Below are positions 52,884 through 62,252 of a stretch of DNA of 64,000 nucleotides, piece after piece (position 1 is the first letter of the stretch; each line of letters starts with the position of its first letter). Below the pieces are notes generated by a model. The model did no database searches. It was not told where the DNA came from and worked only from the letters and a program-made list of their open reading frames with translations. This DNA is from Fidelibacterota bacterium (GTDB lineage Bacteria > Fidelibacterota > UBA2242): contig JADHYC010000004.1 in NCBI GenBank assembly GCA_016782645.1, positions 612 to 64,611 on the forward strand, written 5' to 3'. Made by a program: the position numbers and the translations under genes.

Positions 52884-55292
52884 TTAAGGTTTTAATGTCA
52901 ATACCTTTGCTCCTTTTTTCATTAACCTGAACCTGTTTGTAGTTACTATCTTGTACTGTCCAGAATTATATAAAGGAGCTTGGTCATCGTAATTCGGATG
53001 TTTTGGGATACCACTCTGACCAGTTGGAATAACGCTGTAAATATTCTCAAGGTCATCAAGTGGCATAACAAACCGTAAAGAAGGTCCATCTTTTGTTTCG
53101 AAGGGTTCATTAAGACTGAATGCACCACAATTAACCGTTACACCTGAACCGGGTGACGGAAAAGGCCCAACATTAAAACCAAATAATTTGTTAATAATTC
53201 CTACTTTCCCTAGCGGGTGATTGTGAGTAAGCGTATGGATTTTACCCCACTCCCATTCTGAAAAATTTGGTGAATAGTCTTTTACTAGGAACTTAATAGC
53301 ATTTTCAAAAGATTTCAGGAGAATATCCTTTCGCCTCTCTACCACATTTCTCGTAAGAATATTATCAAACCAGGATGATTCACCCCGTTTAAGTAATTCC
53401 ATGCTATTCCGAATCGAGAAACTCGAAAAGTTTAAAAACTGCTCAAAGATATCTTCACCTGCAAGATCCATTTCATCTTTGTAGATTAACTTCATCATTT
53501 CAACTATCATAGTATTAAAAATAGTGGCTTCAAAAGAATTTATATTTTCATAAAAATCCCATACTCTAAGATATTTATAAGCCTTAATTTCCAGGAGGTC
53601 AGTTAATTCAGTATCCGGCACCACTTCAAAGAAATATTGTAAAACCTCTTTTGCATAGAATGAATAATCATCAAGCTGAAGTTTTTTCATATCTTCAATA
53701 GAAAATTTCTTATTCCTACTTAAAACTTCTACTATTCTACGAAATCTATATTGAGGTTCATAGTGATTGGAAATGTAATATGGATAATCATCTCTAACAA
53801 ACTTAACATTTGCGGATGCTACAAATCCACTCCGAGGGTTTAATACGAATGGTATTTCATTGTAGGGAACATATCTTCGCCATGTATATTTCGGATCATC
53901 TCCCTGGAGAGGAAGAAGCATTTCCCCTCCTTTTCTGATAGGGACATTTCCCATTGAGACAAGAGCTATGTTACCATATACGTCAGCATACGCAACATTT
54001 TGACCCGGAACTTTGTAGTATTTTGCCGCTTCTCTAAATTCCTTCCAATTCCTTGCCCGATTAATATCCAGCATACCTTTAAATTCATCCGAAAAATCCT
54101 GTCCTGTCCATCTAAACGAAATTGCTTTATCTGAATTATTAAGTAGTTTGTGGATGTTATTAATTATCGGCCCGTTACGAGTAGAATATACTGTAACTGT
54201 GGTATCGGTTCTCCCTTTTATCCGGATTGTTTCTTCTCGTGTAATCACTGATTCCCATTTTCTATTATAAAGATATTTATCTCTATCAGGACTTAGAGTT
54301 TCTACATAAAAATCAACCTCGTCGGTCATCATGTTCGTAAAGCCCCAGGCAATATTTCGATTGTGTCCAATTACTACTCCAGGCAAACCCGGAAATGTAA
54401 CCCCAACAACATCAATGTCAGGACTTACGAGATGAACTTCAAACCATACCGCTGGTTGAGAATAACCAAAATGAGGATCATTACATATAATTGGTGCACC
54501 ACTCACAGTTTTCGTTCCCGATACTACCCAATTATTACTTCCAACATGTGAGGATTCAATTCCAAGAAATTTACTAACGGCAGAGTTCTTACTCCTGAAA
54601 TCACTTAAAATATCTGAAAAATCTGTAGAATAATCTGGAATTGATTCGGGCCAATCTTTTAAAAAAGTAGGAAGTACCTCTCTGGTTTTTTCAGCACCAT
54701 AAATCTCAAGAAGTTTGTAAAAGACAATCTCTGCATTCCAGGATTGAGTAAGATCCCAACCCATAAGTCGAACAAACGAGACGCAATTACGGGGTTCCCA
54801 TTTAATCGGTTTATACCTGCCTATTCTGAATTCCACGGGAAGATTATGTTCATTGAGATCTATATAACTATTTACTCCTTCAACGTACGCCTTTATTATA
54901 TCAATTACTTCAGGGTTCAGTTTAGGTGTAATTTCTCGAGCTATTTGTCTAATCCCTAATATTCGCAGGAAAATATCCAATTCAACTAGTTCGCTACCAA
55001 ACGCTTCAGACAACCTACCCTCTGCTACTCTTACCATTTGATCCATTTTAAAAAGACGATGAGAAGCGTGAATATAACCAAGAGCACAAAATAGATCGTG
55101 ATTATTTTCTGCATAAATGTGAGGAATACCAAAACCATCAGTTATTATTTCAACATTTGCGTGAAGCGCTGGTAGGATTTTTATACCCTCTTTTTCAGGT
55201 AATTTTACATGGAAATATAATTTAAAAAATACTAATGCAATTATAACTAATGGAAAAATAATGTACAAAAGCCATTTTATCCACTTCTTCAT
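52884..55292 (-). CDS. penicillin/AHL-acylase family (Ntn-hydrolase S45) protein
   Basis: 802 aa with N-terminal TM/signal. Beta-subunit nucleophile context SNNWVVSG… and ICNDPH motif characteristic of the penicillin amidase family. Confidence 0.85.
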   Translation of the reverse strand: MKKWIKWLLYIIFPLVIIALVFFKLYFHVKLPEKEGIKILPALHANVEIITDGFGIPHIYAENNHDLFCALGYIHASHRLFKMDQMVRVAEGRLSEAFGSELVELDIFLRILGIRQIAREITPKLNPEVIDIIKAYVEGVNSYIDLNEHNLPVEFRIGRYKPIKWEPRNCVSFVRLMGWDLTQSWNAEIVFYKLLEIYGAEKTREVLPTFLKDWPESIPDYSTDFSDILSDFRSKNSAVSKFLGIESSHVGSNNWVVSGTKTVSGAPIICNDPHFGYSQPAVWFEVHLVSPDIDVVGVTFPGLPGVVIGHNRNIAWGFTNMMTDEVDFYVETLSPDRDKYLYNRKWESVITREETIRIKGRTDTTVTVYSTRNGPIINNIHKLLNNSDKAISFRWTGQDFSDEFKGMLDINRARNWKEFREAAKYYKVPGQNVAYADVYGNIALVSMGNVPIRKGGEMLLPLQGDDPKYTWRRYVPYNEIPFVLNPRSGFVASANVKFVRDDYPYYISNHYEPQYRFRRIVEVLSRNKKFSIEDMKKLQLDDYSFYAKEVLQYFFEVVPDTELTDLLEIKAYKYLRVWDFYENINSFEATIFNTMIVEMMKLIYKDEMDLAGEDIFEQFLNFSSFSIRNSMELLKRGESSWFDNILTRNVVERRKDILLKSFENAIKFLVKDYSPNFSEWEWGKIHTLTHNHPLGKVGIINKLFGFNVGPFPSPGSGVTVNCGAFSLNEPFETKDGPSLRFVMPLDDLENIYSVIPTGQSGIPKHPNYDDQAPLYNSGQYKIVTTNRFRLMKKGAKVLTLKP

Positions 55293-55304
55293 TGCAATTC
55301 CACT

Positions 55305-56504
55305 TTATGATGTTTCAATTTGCCTTATCAATTCTAATGAGAAATCAACTGCAAGTTGAATTGTCTCATAATCGATATTCTCAATCGTATCAGTGTACCA
55401 GCGCCAGTTTGGAATATTTCCATCATCGTCAAGAGCAATAAGCGTAGTGCACGGGTAGCCCTGTTGTGCAAAAACAAGTGCGTCGAAGTATGCACATCTG
55501 TACTCGAGAGGTTGAATTTTTAAAAATTCATCCCTTGATGTAATTACAGCACATTTATCAATAAATATTTCATTATATTTCCAGAATAATAACATGCCCT
55601 CACCAGTTACATAATGGAGATTGCCTTTACCAACATTATCAATATTTATTACATAAGTATTACCCGGATTTAAATCTGATTTATAATTGTCTATGAAATG
55701 TTTTACTCCTTGAATTCCTGCTCCCTCACACCCGGTAAATACTATCCACAGGTCGGTATTTTGTAAAGGGTGTTTCTTCAAATCATTTAAAATTTCAAAT
55801 ATTGCAGCAACACCTGACCCATTGTCATTAATACCGGGAACGAATTTATGAGCAAGTTCTCTATGAATATGAATAAATATGTTTACGATTTGATTAAGTG
55901 CAAGTAACACACAAATAAGTTTAAACCACCAAAAATCTGCCCAGTATTGACCTAAAAATGCCCAAGGTATTGTTACTGCGCTCACAATTGTATTAAAGAC
56001 AAAATTCTCTCTGAATGATTTCACCATTGAAGGGGAAAAAATCATAGAAGCACGCTCTGAGTCATAATGAGCCATCAGTATAAGATTTCTCTTAGAAACG
56101 CTATATTTTGGAGGAATTCTACCAATAATATTTTGTGATGTTCGCTTTGGGATAAATGGTCTAAACGGCGTTGACCTTCCCATAAAATGTCTGAAAAACG
56201 ACAAAAATCCAATAAGTACAAATGCTGTCCCAAGAAAAGACAACCATGGGCTCATTAAAATCCCTGCCATCATAAAAAGTGAGAATAGAATAACTTCCCA
56301 TGAATAACTTGAGATCGCTTTAAAAGAATCGAACGACCCTTTAATACCCATTTCCTTCAGTACATTTTTAAGAAATTGTGCTGCTGATTTCTCCTCTTTC
56401 GTCGTTGTTCCTCTGCGAGGAAGATTTGAAAATTTTTCGAGAATTTGTTTTCCTTTCATAGTGCAATAAATATAATTCATTTTCCATGGAGCAACAAGAA
56501 ACAA
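55305..56504 (-). CDS. M28-family metallopeptidase with N-terminal membrane region
   Basis: M28 metal-binding context (…MAHYDS…, NDNGSGVAAIFEI, FTGCEGAGIQG). The start may be an internal Met. Confidence 0.7.
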   Translation of the reverse strand: MFLVAPWKMNYIYCTMKGKQILEKFSNLPRRGTTTKEEKSAAQFLKNVLKEMGIKGSFDSFKAISSYSWEVILFSLFMMAGILMSPWLSFLGTAFVLIGFLSFFRHFMGRSTPFRPFIPKRTSQNIIGRIPPKYSVSKRNLILMAHYDSERASMIFSPSMVKSFRENFVFNTIVSAVTIPWAFLGQYWADFWWFKLICVLLALNQIVNIFIHIHRELAHKFVPGINDNGSGVAAIFEILNDLKKHPLQNTDLWIVFTGCEGAGIQGVKHFIDNYKSDLNPGNTYVINIDNVGKGNLHYVTGEGMLLFWKYNEIFIDKCAVITSRDEFLKIQPLEYRCAYFDALVFAQQGYPCTTLIALDDDGNIPNWRWYTDTIENIDYETIQLAVDFSLELIRQIETS

Positions 56505-56559
56505 TAATTTATTTTCATTTAATTTTTTATATGATAAATTACACCCGCTTTTTAGCAGT

Positions 56560-56632
56560 GGCTCGGTAGCTCAGTCGGTAGAGCAGGGGACTGAAAATCC
56601 CTGTGTCGGCAGTTCAATTCTGTCCCGAGCCA
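56560..56632 (+). tRNA. tRNA-Phe (anticodon GAA)
   Basis: 73-nt cloverleaf: acceptor GGCTCGG/CCGAGCC, D arm GCTC-AGTCGGTA-GAGC, anticodon stem-loop GGGGA-CTGAAAA-TCCCT (GAA at 34-36), T arm GGCAG-TTCAATT-CTGTC, discriminator A. Close to E. coli tRNA-Phe. Confidence 0.95.
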
Positions 56633-56642
56633 CACTCCAAAC

Positions 56643-56680
56643 CCTTTGTAAATCAACAGTTTACAAGGGGTTTTTTATTT
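56643..56680 (+). terminator. rho-independent terminator after tRNA-Phe (CCCTTTGTAAA…TTTACAAGGGG + T6AT4)
   Basis: 11-bp near-perfect stem followed by TTTTTTATTTT. Confidence 0.6.
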
Positions 56681-56709
56681 TCTACATTTCAGGTGAAATG
56701 TAGCCAATA

Positions 56710-56760
56710 GGGACAAATAGGGACATACTGGGACATAGGGTAGTGACTTTTTGGTGACTT
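56710..56760. repeat. phased direct repeats GGGACA x3 (10-bp spacing) and GTGACTTT x2 next to the attL side
   Basis: GGGACA at 56710, 56720, 56730. GTGACTTT at 56743 and 56753. Helical-turn phasing suggests recombination-directionality or integrase arm-type sites. Confidence 0.45.
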
Positions 56761-56835
56761 TAGCAGGATACATTTCCTGTGTAAGTGGATATATTTCCGT
56801 AGTTTGTGAGGTGTGGGGACAGGGTTATATGAAAA

Positions 56836-56866
56836 TAAAAAAAACCCGGACGGAAATCCGGGTTTA
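56836..56866 (-). terminator. rho-independent terminator of integrase gene (CCCGGATTTCCGTCCGGG + T8 on minus strand)
   Basis: Plus-strand sequence AAAAAAAACCCGGACGGAAATCCGGGTTT lies 21 nt beyond the int stop. Confidence 0.6.
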
Positions 56867-56886
56867 ATAATAACTGCGGAGAAAAT

Positions 56887-57915
56887 TCAACGATATTTTA
56901 TCAATCCATCAAGTGCTTTAACACCGCTTAATAAATTGTCTTCCAATAGGTCGGCATAATGCTTTTCAGTAACTTTAACTGAGGAGTGTCCCAAGAGTTT
57001 TGATACAGTAAAGATATCTACTCCTGATTGTACAAGCAGACTACCATAAGTCTTCCGAAACGTATGAATATTGGCATTCTCAATACCGGCGGCTACGTAG
57101 TACTTATGTATCTTTTTAAACAGATATTCATAATTAAAGTCAAAGGGCTGTTCATGTTTTTCTGCAAACTTGCGACGGTCAAGTATTTCATATACTGTAT
57201 CATTAATAGGGATGAACCGGATCTTATTTCTCTTTCCAATTAATTTGATTCTTCTTCTTTGAAGATCAACATTGTCCCAGGTAAATCGTACAGGTAATAT
57301 TTCTTCTCTCCTGGCGCCGGTATGGAGGTACATTAAGATTAAATCGCGGTAATTTGGATCGTCGGTAACATCCAATAACCGATTAATTTCATCGATGGTA
57401 AGAAACCGAATACTATGTTCTTTTTGTTTTGGTCCATTTAATCCTTTTGTAGGATTGTTTTCAAGATAACCATGTTTGATCATGAAGTTGAAGAATGCTC
57501 TCAGGGTTCTGATCTCGATACCAATCGTGGCGGGTGTTAAACCATCAGTTTTATATCTTTTATTGATATAGCCTTCCATGTCTTTTAATCCAATTGAACG
57601 CACGGTTAGGTTTCCGATATAATTCACAAAGGGCTTATATACCTTTTTCTCTCTTTTAATGGTTGATGCTTCTTTTTGTGTTTCCATAACTCTCAGATAA
57701 TGTAAGAAAGCCCTTTCGAGGGTAATCTTTTTATCGCTACCGTTGTCAAGTCCGAGTAATATTCTGGACTTTTTATACTCGATCTGTTTTGCTAAGGCTT
57801 CTGCTGTTTTTCTGTCACAATATAGGCTCTTAACATGTCGTTTTCCATCAGAATCATAATAGTCAATTTTATATCCTTCACCCTTGCCAGTGATAATTTT
57901 TCTAATCGATGCCAT
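56887..57915 (-). CDS. int: tyrosine-type site-specific integrase
   Basis: C-terminal catalytic region HTFRKTYGSLLVQSGVDIFTVSKLLGHSSVKVTEKHY (R…HxxR…Y). The ATG at 57915 is preceded by GAGGAGG. The ORF-track TTG at 57942 is less likely. Confidence 0.85.
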   Translation of the reverse strand: MASIRKIITGKGEGYKIDYYDSDGKRHVKSLYCDRKTAEALAKQIEYKKSRILLGLDNGSDKKITLERAFLHYLRVMETQKEASTIKREKKVYKPFVNYIGNLTVRSIGLKDMEGYINKRYKTDGLTPATIGIEIRTLRAFFNFMIKHGYLENNPTKGLNGPKQKEHSIRFLTIDEINRLLDVTDDPNYRDLILMYLHTGARREEILPVRFTWDNVDLQRRRIKLIGKRNKIRFIPINDTVYEILDRRKFAEKHEQPFDFNYEYLFKKIHKYYVAAGIENANIHTFRKTYGSLLVQSGVDIFTVSKLLGHSSVKVTEKHYADLLEDNLLSGVKALDGLIKYR

Positions 57916-58108
57916 TGATGACCTCCTCGTAATATTTGTCAATAGATTTGATTTCTTGAATAATTTGCTCCAGGTTGGATTCTTTAATCCTGATACCAGA
58001 GCCTACTCTGTAGACTTGAATGTTGTTTTCATGTACAAGTCTCCGCAGTGTCTTGACAGACACATCCAGCAATGCTGCTGCTGATTTGAGACTGTACAAC
58101 TGTTCCAT
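57902..58108 (-). CDS. excisionase-family helix-turn-helix DNA-binding protein (Xis/AlpA-like)
   Basis: 68 aa, LKSAAALLDVSVKTLRRLVHENNIQVYRVGSGIRIKESNLEQI matches the excisionase/MerR-type HTH_17 pattern. Overlaps the int start by 14 nt. Confidence 0.65.
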   Translation of the reverse strand: MEQLYSLKSAAALLDVSVKTLRRLVHENNIQVYRVGSGIRIKESNLEQIIQEIKSIDKYYEEVINGID

Positions 58109-58349
58109 TTTTCTTATTCCTTATTTTAATTTGATTTCGTTTTGTTAAAGACCTTTCACTCGTATAACTACCTACAAGTAGTTTTTAAATTGAGAGTAGC
58201 GCGTTGCTGCTTACGGCTTCACCAATATTCCAGCACGCAAATGAGTGTTTTGTCCAATTGGCTAACTGGTAGCCGCTTTTACTCAATTAATACTACAACT
58301 CACAAAAATTTGCGTGAATTAATGTATATGCATGGTTATTAAGTATTTA

Positions 58350-58640
58350 CAGACTGTGTATAGACTTTTTAAAACCGTGGTTTTATACACAAAATGTTAT
58401 AGTTTAGGTACAATAAAGGGGCTAAACAGCCCCTTTTAGTGTATCTAATGACATACTCTAATTAGATGATTATACGTAGGTTATGTATTGATATTTTAAA
58501 GTTGTGTATAGTAAATCGGTTATACACAGAAATAACCGGTAAAAACAGGTAGATTTTTACGTTTTAGGCGTAATTTCCACCCAATTGGGCCCAAAATCAG
58601 AGTTTTCGTGTATATTTGTGTATGAATTTTGTGTATAATT
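58350..58640. promoter_or_regulatory. 680-bp gene-free control region with at least 7 copies of TGTGTATA / TATACACA in both orientations
   Basis: Copies at 58356, 58384 (inverted), 58504, 58521 (inverted), 58609, 58618 (degenerate) and 58631. Lies between the leftward int/xis and rightward replication genes, so probably operators and divergent promoters. Confidence 0.5.
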
Positions 58641-58788
58641 TTTATCCAAATATAAGGTAATAAATACCGTTGATTTTACACTGTAAAAAATTCTCTGAAA
58701 AAAATTCCATTTTAAAAATAATTGTGGTTTTCCATAAAATAATTGATTTTCCTCTTGATTCTTTGCCCAAAATGTAGTATATTAAAGT

Positions 58789-59289
58789 ATGGGGCAAAAG
58801 AATTATTCACGACGTTTACTCCTAACGGATCCGAAAAATTTTGGTCTGGAATTTTCCGGGAACAGCCTGGAAAATTTCCTGAAATCCTACGAGGATAGGA
58901 AAATTTTACCCCGCCCGATCACAATCGGAGATAGATCTCTAAAAAGAGGAACCAAAAGAGGATACTATTTTCCGGTCTTTATTGAAATGATAAAGGATCT
59001 GCAGTATCTTCGGGGTACAAAAAAATACAGACCCCTGGGTATCAAAGAATGGTTAGAAAATAAGTATGCCCGTGTATATAATTTATATGACATCGCGGAA
59101 CTGTTCCGATTGCAGTTTCTGCCAGAGAGTGTATTAGTTGAATATTTAAATAACTCTCACCTAACTAATACCCAGAAAGATAAAGTGATGGCGTTTTATG
59201 AAAACCATCCGAGTTATCAGGAGGTAAAAAAGAGCATTCTTAATATGCTCTCTCAGATAAACATCAGCAGTGAGGCTGATATGAGATAA
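58789..59289 (+). CDS. hypothetical protein of mobile element
   Basis: 166 aa, basic. First rightward gene after the control region. Confidence 0.5.
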   Translation: MGQKNYSRRLLLTDPKNFGLEFSGNSLENFLKSYEDRKILPRPITIGDRSLKRGTKRGYYFPVFIEMIKDLQYLRGTKKYRPLGIKEWLENKYARVYNLYDIAELFRLQFLPESVLVEYLNNSHLTNTQKDKVMAFYENHPSYQEVKKSILNMLSQINISSEADMR

Positions 59290-59651
59290 TGATAAACAAC
59301 ATATTTTTATTATACAAAGATGCCGGTCTGCTCTATTCATGGAGCGATTGGCATTGTTTTATTTTAAATCAGGAATCAAAAATGAACACAACAATAACAA
59401 CTGATTTTTATTTAACAGCATACCTGTTAAGTGAAAATATACCCCTTGTAAAACATACGAGGAGTAATAATAAGTCAACTTTTGAATTTACCGGCGATAA
59501 TATTTCAGAAATCATGGAGAAATATTATTCCGGCAATGCGATGGTTTCAATAAATAAATACGCTGAAGCCATGCGAGAATTAAAAAACATCATGTACAAT
59601 GATACATCTATACACCAACCAATAAACAACTATGAAAGGAAATATTCTTAA
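59289..59651 (+). CDS. hypothetical protein of mobile element
   Basis: TAATG overlap with the upstream gene. An alternative start is the ATG at 59380 (MNTTITTDF…) with an AGGA RBS. Confidence 0.45.
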   Translation: MINNIFLLYKDAGLLYSWSDWHCFILNQESKMNTTITTDFYLTAYLLSENIPLVKHTRSNNKSTFEFTGDNISEIMEKYYSGNAMVSINKYAEAMRELKNIMYNDTSIHQPINNYERKYS

Positions 59652-61653
59652 TGATACGATTGAGTTATCATTAATTGAAAAGAACTATAATGGCAGCCAG
59701 AACATCTGGTTTGAAAGTAAAAAAATACAGATTAAAGACCTTGAAAAGATATTTAAAACAAAAAATTACTCAACGATTAAATGGCGTGATGGAAACAGAA
59801 AAGAAAACAACTTTCTATCCTCAGCAGGATATATAGTTGATATTGATGAAGGACTTTCAATACACGACGCCGAGACACGATTAAAAAAGCATAAACTAAA
59901 TTATATCATTGCTCCGAGCAAGAGCCATACACCGGAAAAGCACCGCTATCATATAGTATTATTATTTAACCGAACGGTTAGATCAATAAATACCTATAAG
60001 AAAATAGCAAAACATCTTACATCTGAATTATTTCCGGAATCCGATCAAAATGTTTCTGATGGCGCCAGGTATATTTACGGATCACCGGATACAGTTAATG
60101 CCACATCATGGTTTGAGGGTAATTATTTTGAAGTTGATAAATTTGGTGAACTGTGGGATTCATCATTAGAGTTTATGGATTCAGATGATAATACATTAAC
60201 TGTAGGAGATCTGGATGAATCTGAAAAAACTAAAATACATTGTCCGTTTCACAATGATGAGAACCCATCGGCATTTGTAGAATATTCAGCCAGAAGTGAT
60301 AACTGGTATATATACTGCTCATCATGTGGTAAAACCTTCTGGAAAGAGAAAAATGCTAACCCCAATGAAGTCAAATGCAAGGACCTCTGGTCACACACTG
60401 ATAATGTTTACCAATTTGGTATTGCCGGAGAGGAGTTCTTCATTGAAAGAGTAGGATTGAAAAAGTTTTATGCAATGACTGGCTCCAGTAAACCAACGGA
60501 AAAGGAAAATATATACCGATATCTTATAAAACATAAACATATTCCACATATCACCCGTGTAGATCACCTTGCTGATATAGATGCTGATAAATCATATTAT
60601 AATGTTAATCTTAGCGAAGGAGTCATAAAAGTTCATTATTCAGGTATTGAAGACAAGATAAAGGATAACCAGTTCGTAGAAAATTATCTTGAAGATACTT
60701 TTAAACAATATAAAGATTTTATCAAAGAGTACCTGGCAGTGTTCTGCTATACCAACTACTTGAAACTTCCTACTCTTGTTCTATCTGGTGATAGAGGAAC
60801 CGGGAAGTCAACATTTGTAGAGATTGTAGGCGATATTTTTAAACCTTTGACTACAGAGTGGTGCGGCAATGAAAGTAATTTTACACCTGAAGTAGAGAAG
60901 AAATTGTTGATAGTAGAAGAGAATGATATTGTTCACAAATCTCAGTACAAGACCTTAAAAAAGTATTCCGGCCAAAAATATTCCAAAGTGAACAAGAAGT
61001 TCACTCCGGTATATTCGGTTCGGAATAATATGAATATTATTCTTCTATCAAATGATGCGATTGCTTTGTACGTAAAAAAAGAAGAATTGCCCGCTGATGG
61101 AAAAAATAATCAGTTCCTCGTATTCGAATTTCAACAGTTTAAAGGCCCTATTGATGCTTCCATTCAAGATAAGATCCTTGATAGATTAGGACATTATATC
61201 AGGACTGAATTAAAATCAGTTTATGATCATCTTAACTTTTCGAGTTACAGGTACAGTATAAATGTACCTATTACAGATGCTGAAAAGGCTTTGTTTAGGA
61301 ATAATGCAACTGATATAGAATTAGACACCGACAAGTTTATACAGCAATTGAATGATCTTTATAACAGCAAATCGGCAACAATTGAACCGGGTTTTATTGA
61401 TGAAGGGTTCTTGGTAGCATCAGTTTTTGACACAATATATTTTGTTGAGAAAATCCGTAATAAGGTTATCAGAAATCTTTACTCAAGGCGTTTTTTGAAG
61501 GACATTGAGCCAATAAAGAAGCAGATTAACAAAAAAAGATTATATTGTTATACCATGACTGATAGGCTTAAGAATGAAATTACAAAATCTTTTAGTTGTA
61601 AATCAGCGCCTGAAAATAGAAATCAACTAAATTTAGGCTATGAAAAGCAATAA
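59632..61653 (+). CDS. replication protein: primase-type N-terminal domain, Zn-ribbon, SF3 (D5/P4-alpha-like) helicase
   Basis: HCPFHNDENPSAF…CSSCGK zinc motif, Walker A GDRGTGKST, Walker B LLIVEEND. 673 aa. Followed immediately by iterons. Confidence 0.75.
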   Translation: MKGNILNDTIELSLIEKNYNGSQNIWFESKKIQIKDLEKIFKTKNYSTIKWRDGNRKENNFLSSAGYIVDIDEGLSIHDAETRLKKHKLNYIIAPSKSHTPEKHRYHIVLLFNRTVRSINTYKKIAKHLTSELFPESDQNVSDGARYIYGSPDTVNATSWFEGNYFEVDKFGELWDSSLEFMDSDDNTLTVGDLDESEKTKIHCPFHNDENPSAFVEYSARSDNWYIYCSSCGKTFWKEKNANPNEVKCKDLWSHTDNVYQFGIAGEEFFIERVGLKKFYAMTGSSKPTEKENIYRYLIKHKHIPHITRVDHLADIDADKSYYNVNLSEGVIKVHYSGIEDKIKDNQFVENYLEDTFKQYKDFIKEYLAVFCYTNYLKLPTLVLSGDRGTGKSTFVEIVGDIFKPLTTEWCGNESNFTPEVEKKLLIVEENDIVHKSQYKTLKKYSGQKYSKVNKKFTPVYSVRNNMNIILLSNDAIALYVKKEELPADGKNNQFLVFEFQQFKGPIDASIQDKILDRLGHYIRTELKSVYDHLNFSSYRYSINVPITDAEKALFRNNATDIELDTDKFIQQLNDLYNSKSATIEPGFIDEGFLVASVFDTIYFVEKIRNKVIRNLYSRRFLKDIEPIKKQINKKRLYCYTMTDRLKNEITKSFSCKSAPENRNQLNLGYEKQ

Positions 61654-61654
61654 A

Positions 61655-61841
61655 GTGTCCAGAGTGTCCATGAAGTGTCCAAGAAATATGCGTGCTTTGG
61701 ACACCGTAAATCACTGTATATTAATAAGATAGAACAATGTGTCCAGAGTGTCCATAGAAAATATATAGAAAAAAAATAATTATAATTATGATTACTAAAA
61801 AATACTTTATATTGTCAAAAAACACTGGACACTTTGGACAC
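61655..61841. repeat. iteron array: GTGTCCA x5 direct (61655, 61664, 61675, 61739, 61748) and TGGACAC x3 inverted (61698, 61826, 61835); putative origin of replication
   Basis: Starts 2 nt after the replication gene stop. 9-10-nt phasing. Followed by an AT-rich tract incl. (TA)7 at about 61893-61906. Confidence 0.65.
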
Positions 61842-62078
61842 TTTTTAAACCATGCAGCAAGATATTTAAAGTAAAAAAAAGCATTTTTGGCGTTTTCCTA
61901 TATATATATATAGGAACTCGCCAATTTTGCCTTTTTTGAAAAAAGGAGAATAAAATAATGAATTTATTTGTCCAAAAACCCCGGATTTTAAAAACCAAAA
62001 ACTAGTATGCTAAAAGTAAAAAGATGTAATTTTCACGAGGAGAAGTTGAGGAAAACAATACCTAAAAGGAGTCAATAA

Positions 62079-62252
62079 ATGAAATATTTTAAAAAATCAA
62101 AAGTGAAATTAACAGGCGTTTCACTTGAAGATAATGATATCCAGGTACCTGATAAAGTCGAGGTATCAGAGCGCATGCACAAGGACAAAATCGGGGGATT
62201 GTTTGCACCCTTGAGTAAGAAGGAAATAAAAGTAGTGAAACCCAATAATTAA
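62079..62252 (+). CDS. possible small protein (57 aa)
   Basis: AAAGGAG RBS 7 nt before the ATG. MKYFKKSKVKLTGVSLEDNDIQVP…. Below the ORF-track size cut-off. It conflicts with the minus-strand ORF 62089..62316, which lacks any signal. Confidence 0.35.
   Translation: MKYFKKSKVKLTGVSLEDNDIQVPDKVEVSERMHKDKIGGLFAPLSKKEIKVVKPNN

Noticed and set aside
58142-58342. 66-aa ORF inside the element control region
   Set aside because: Lies in the repeat-laden intergenic region, TTG start without RBS, biased composition.
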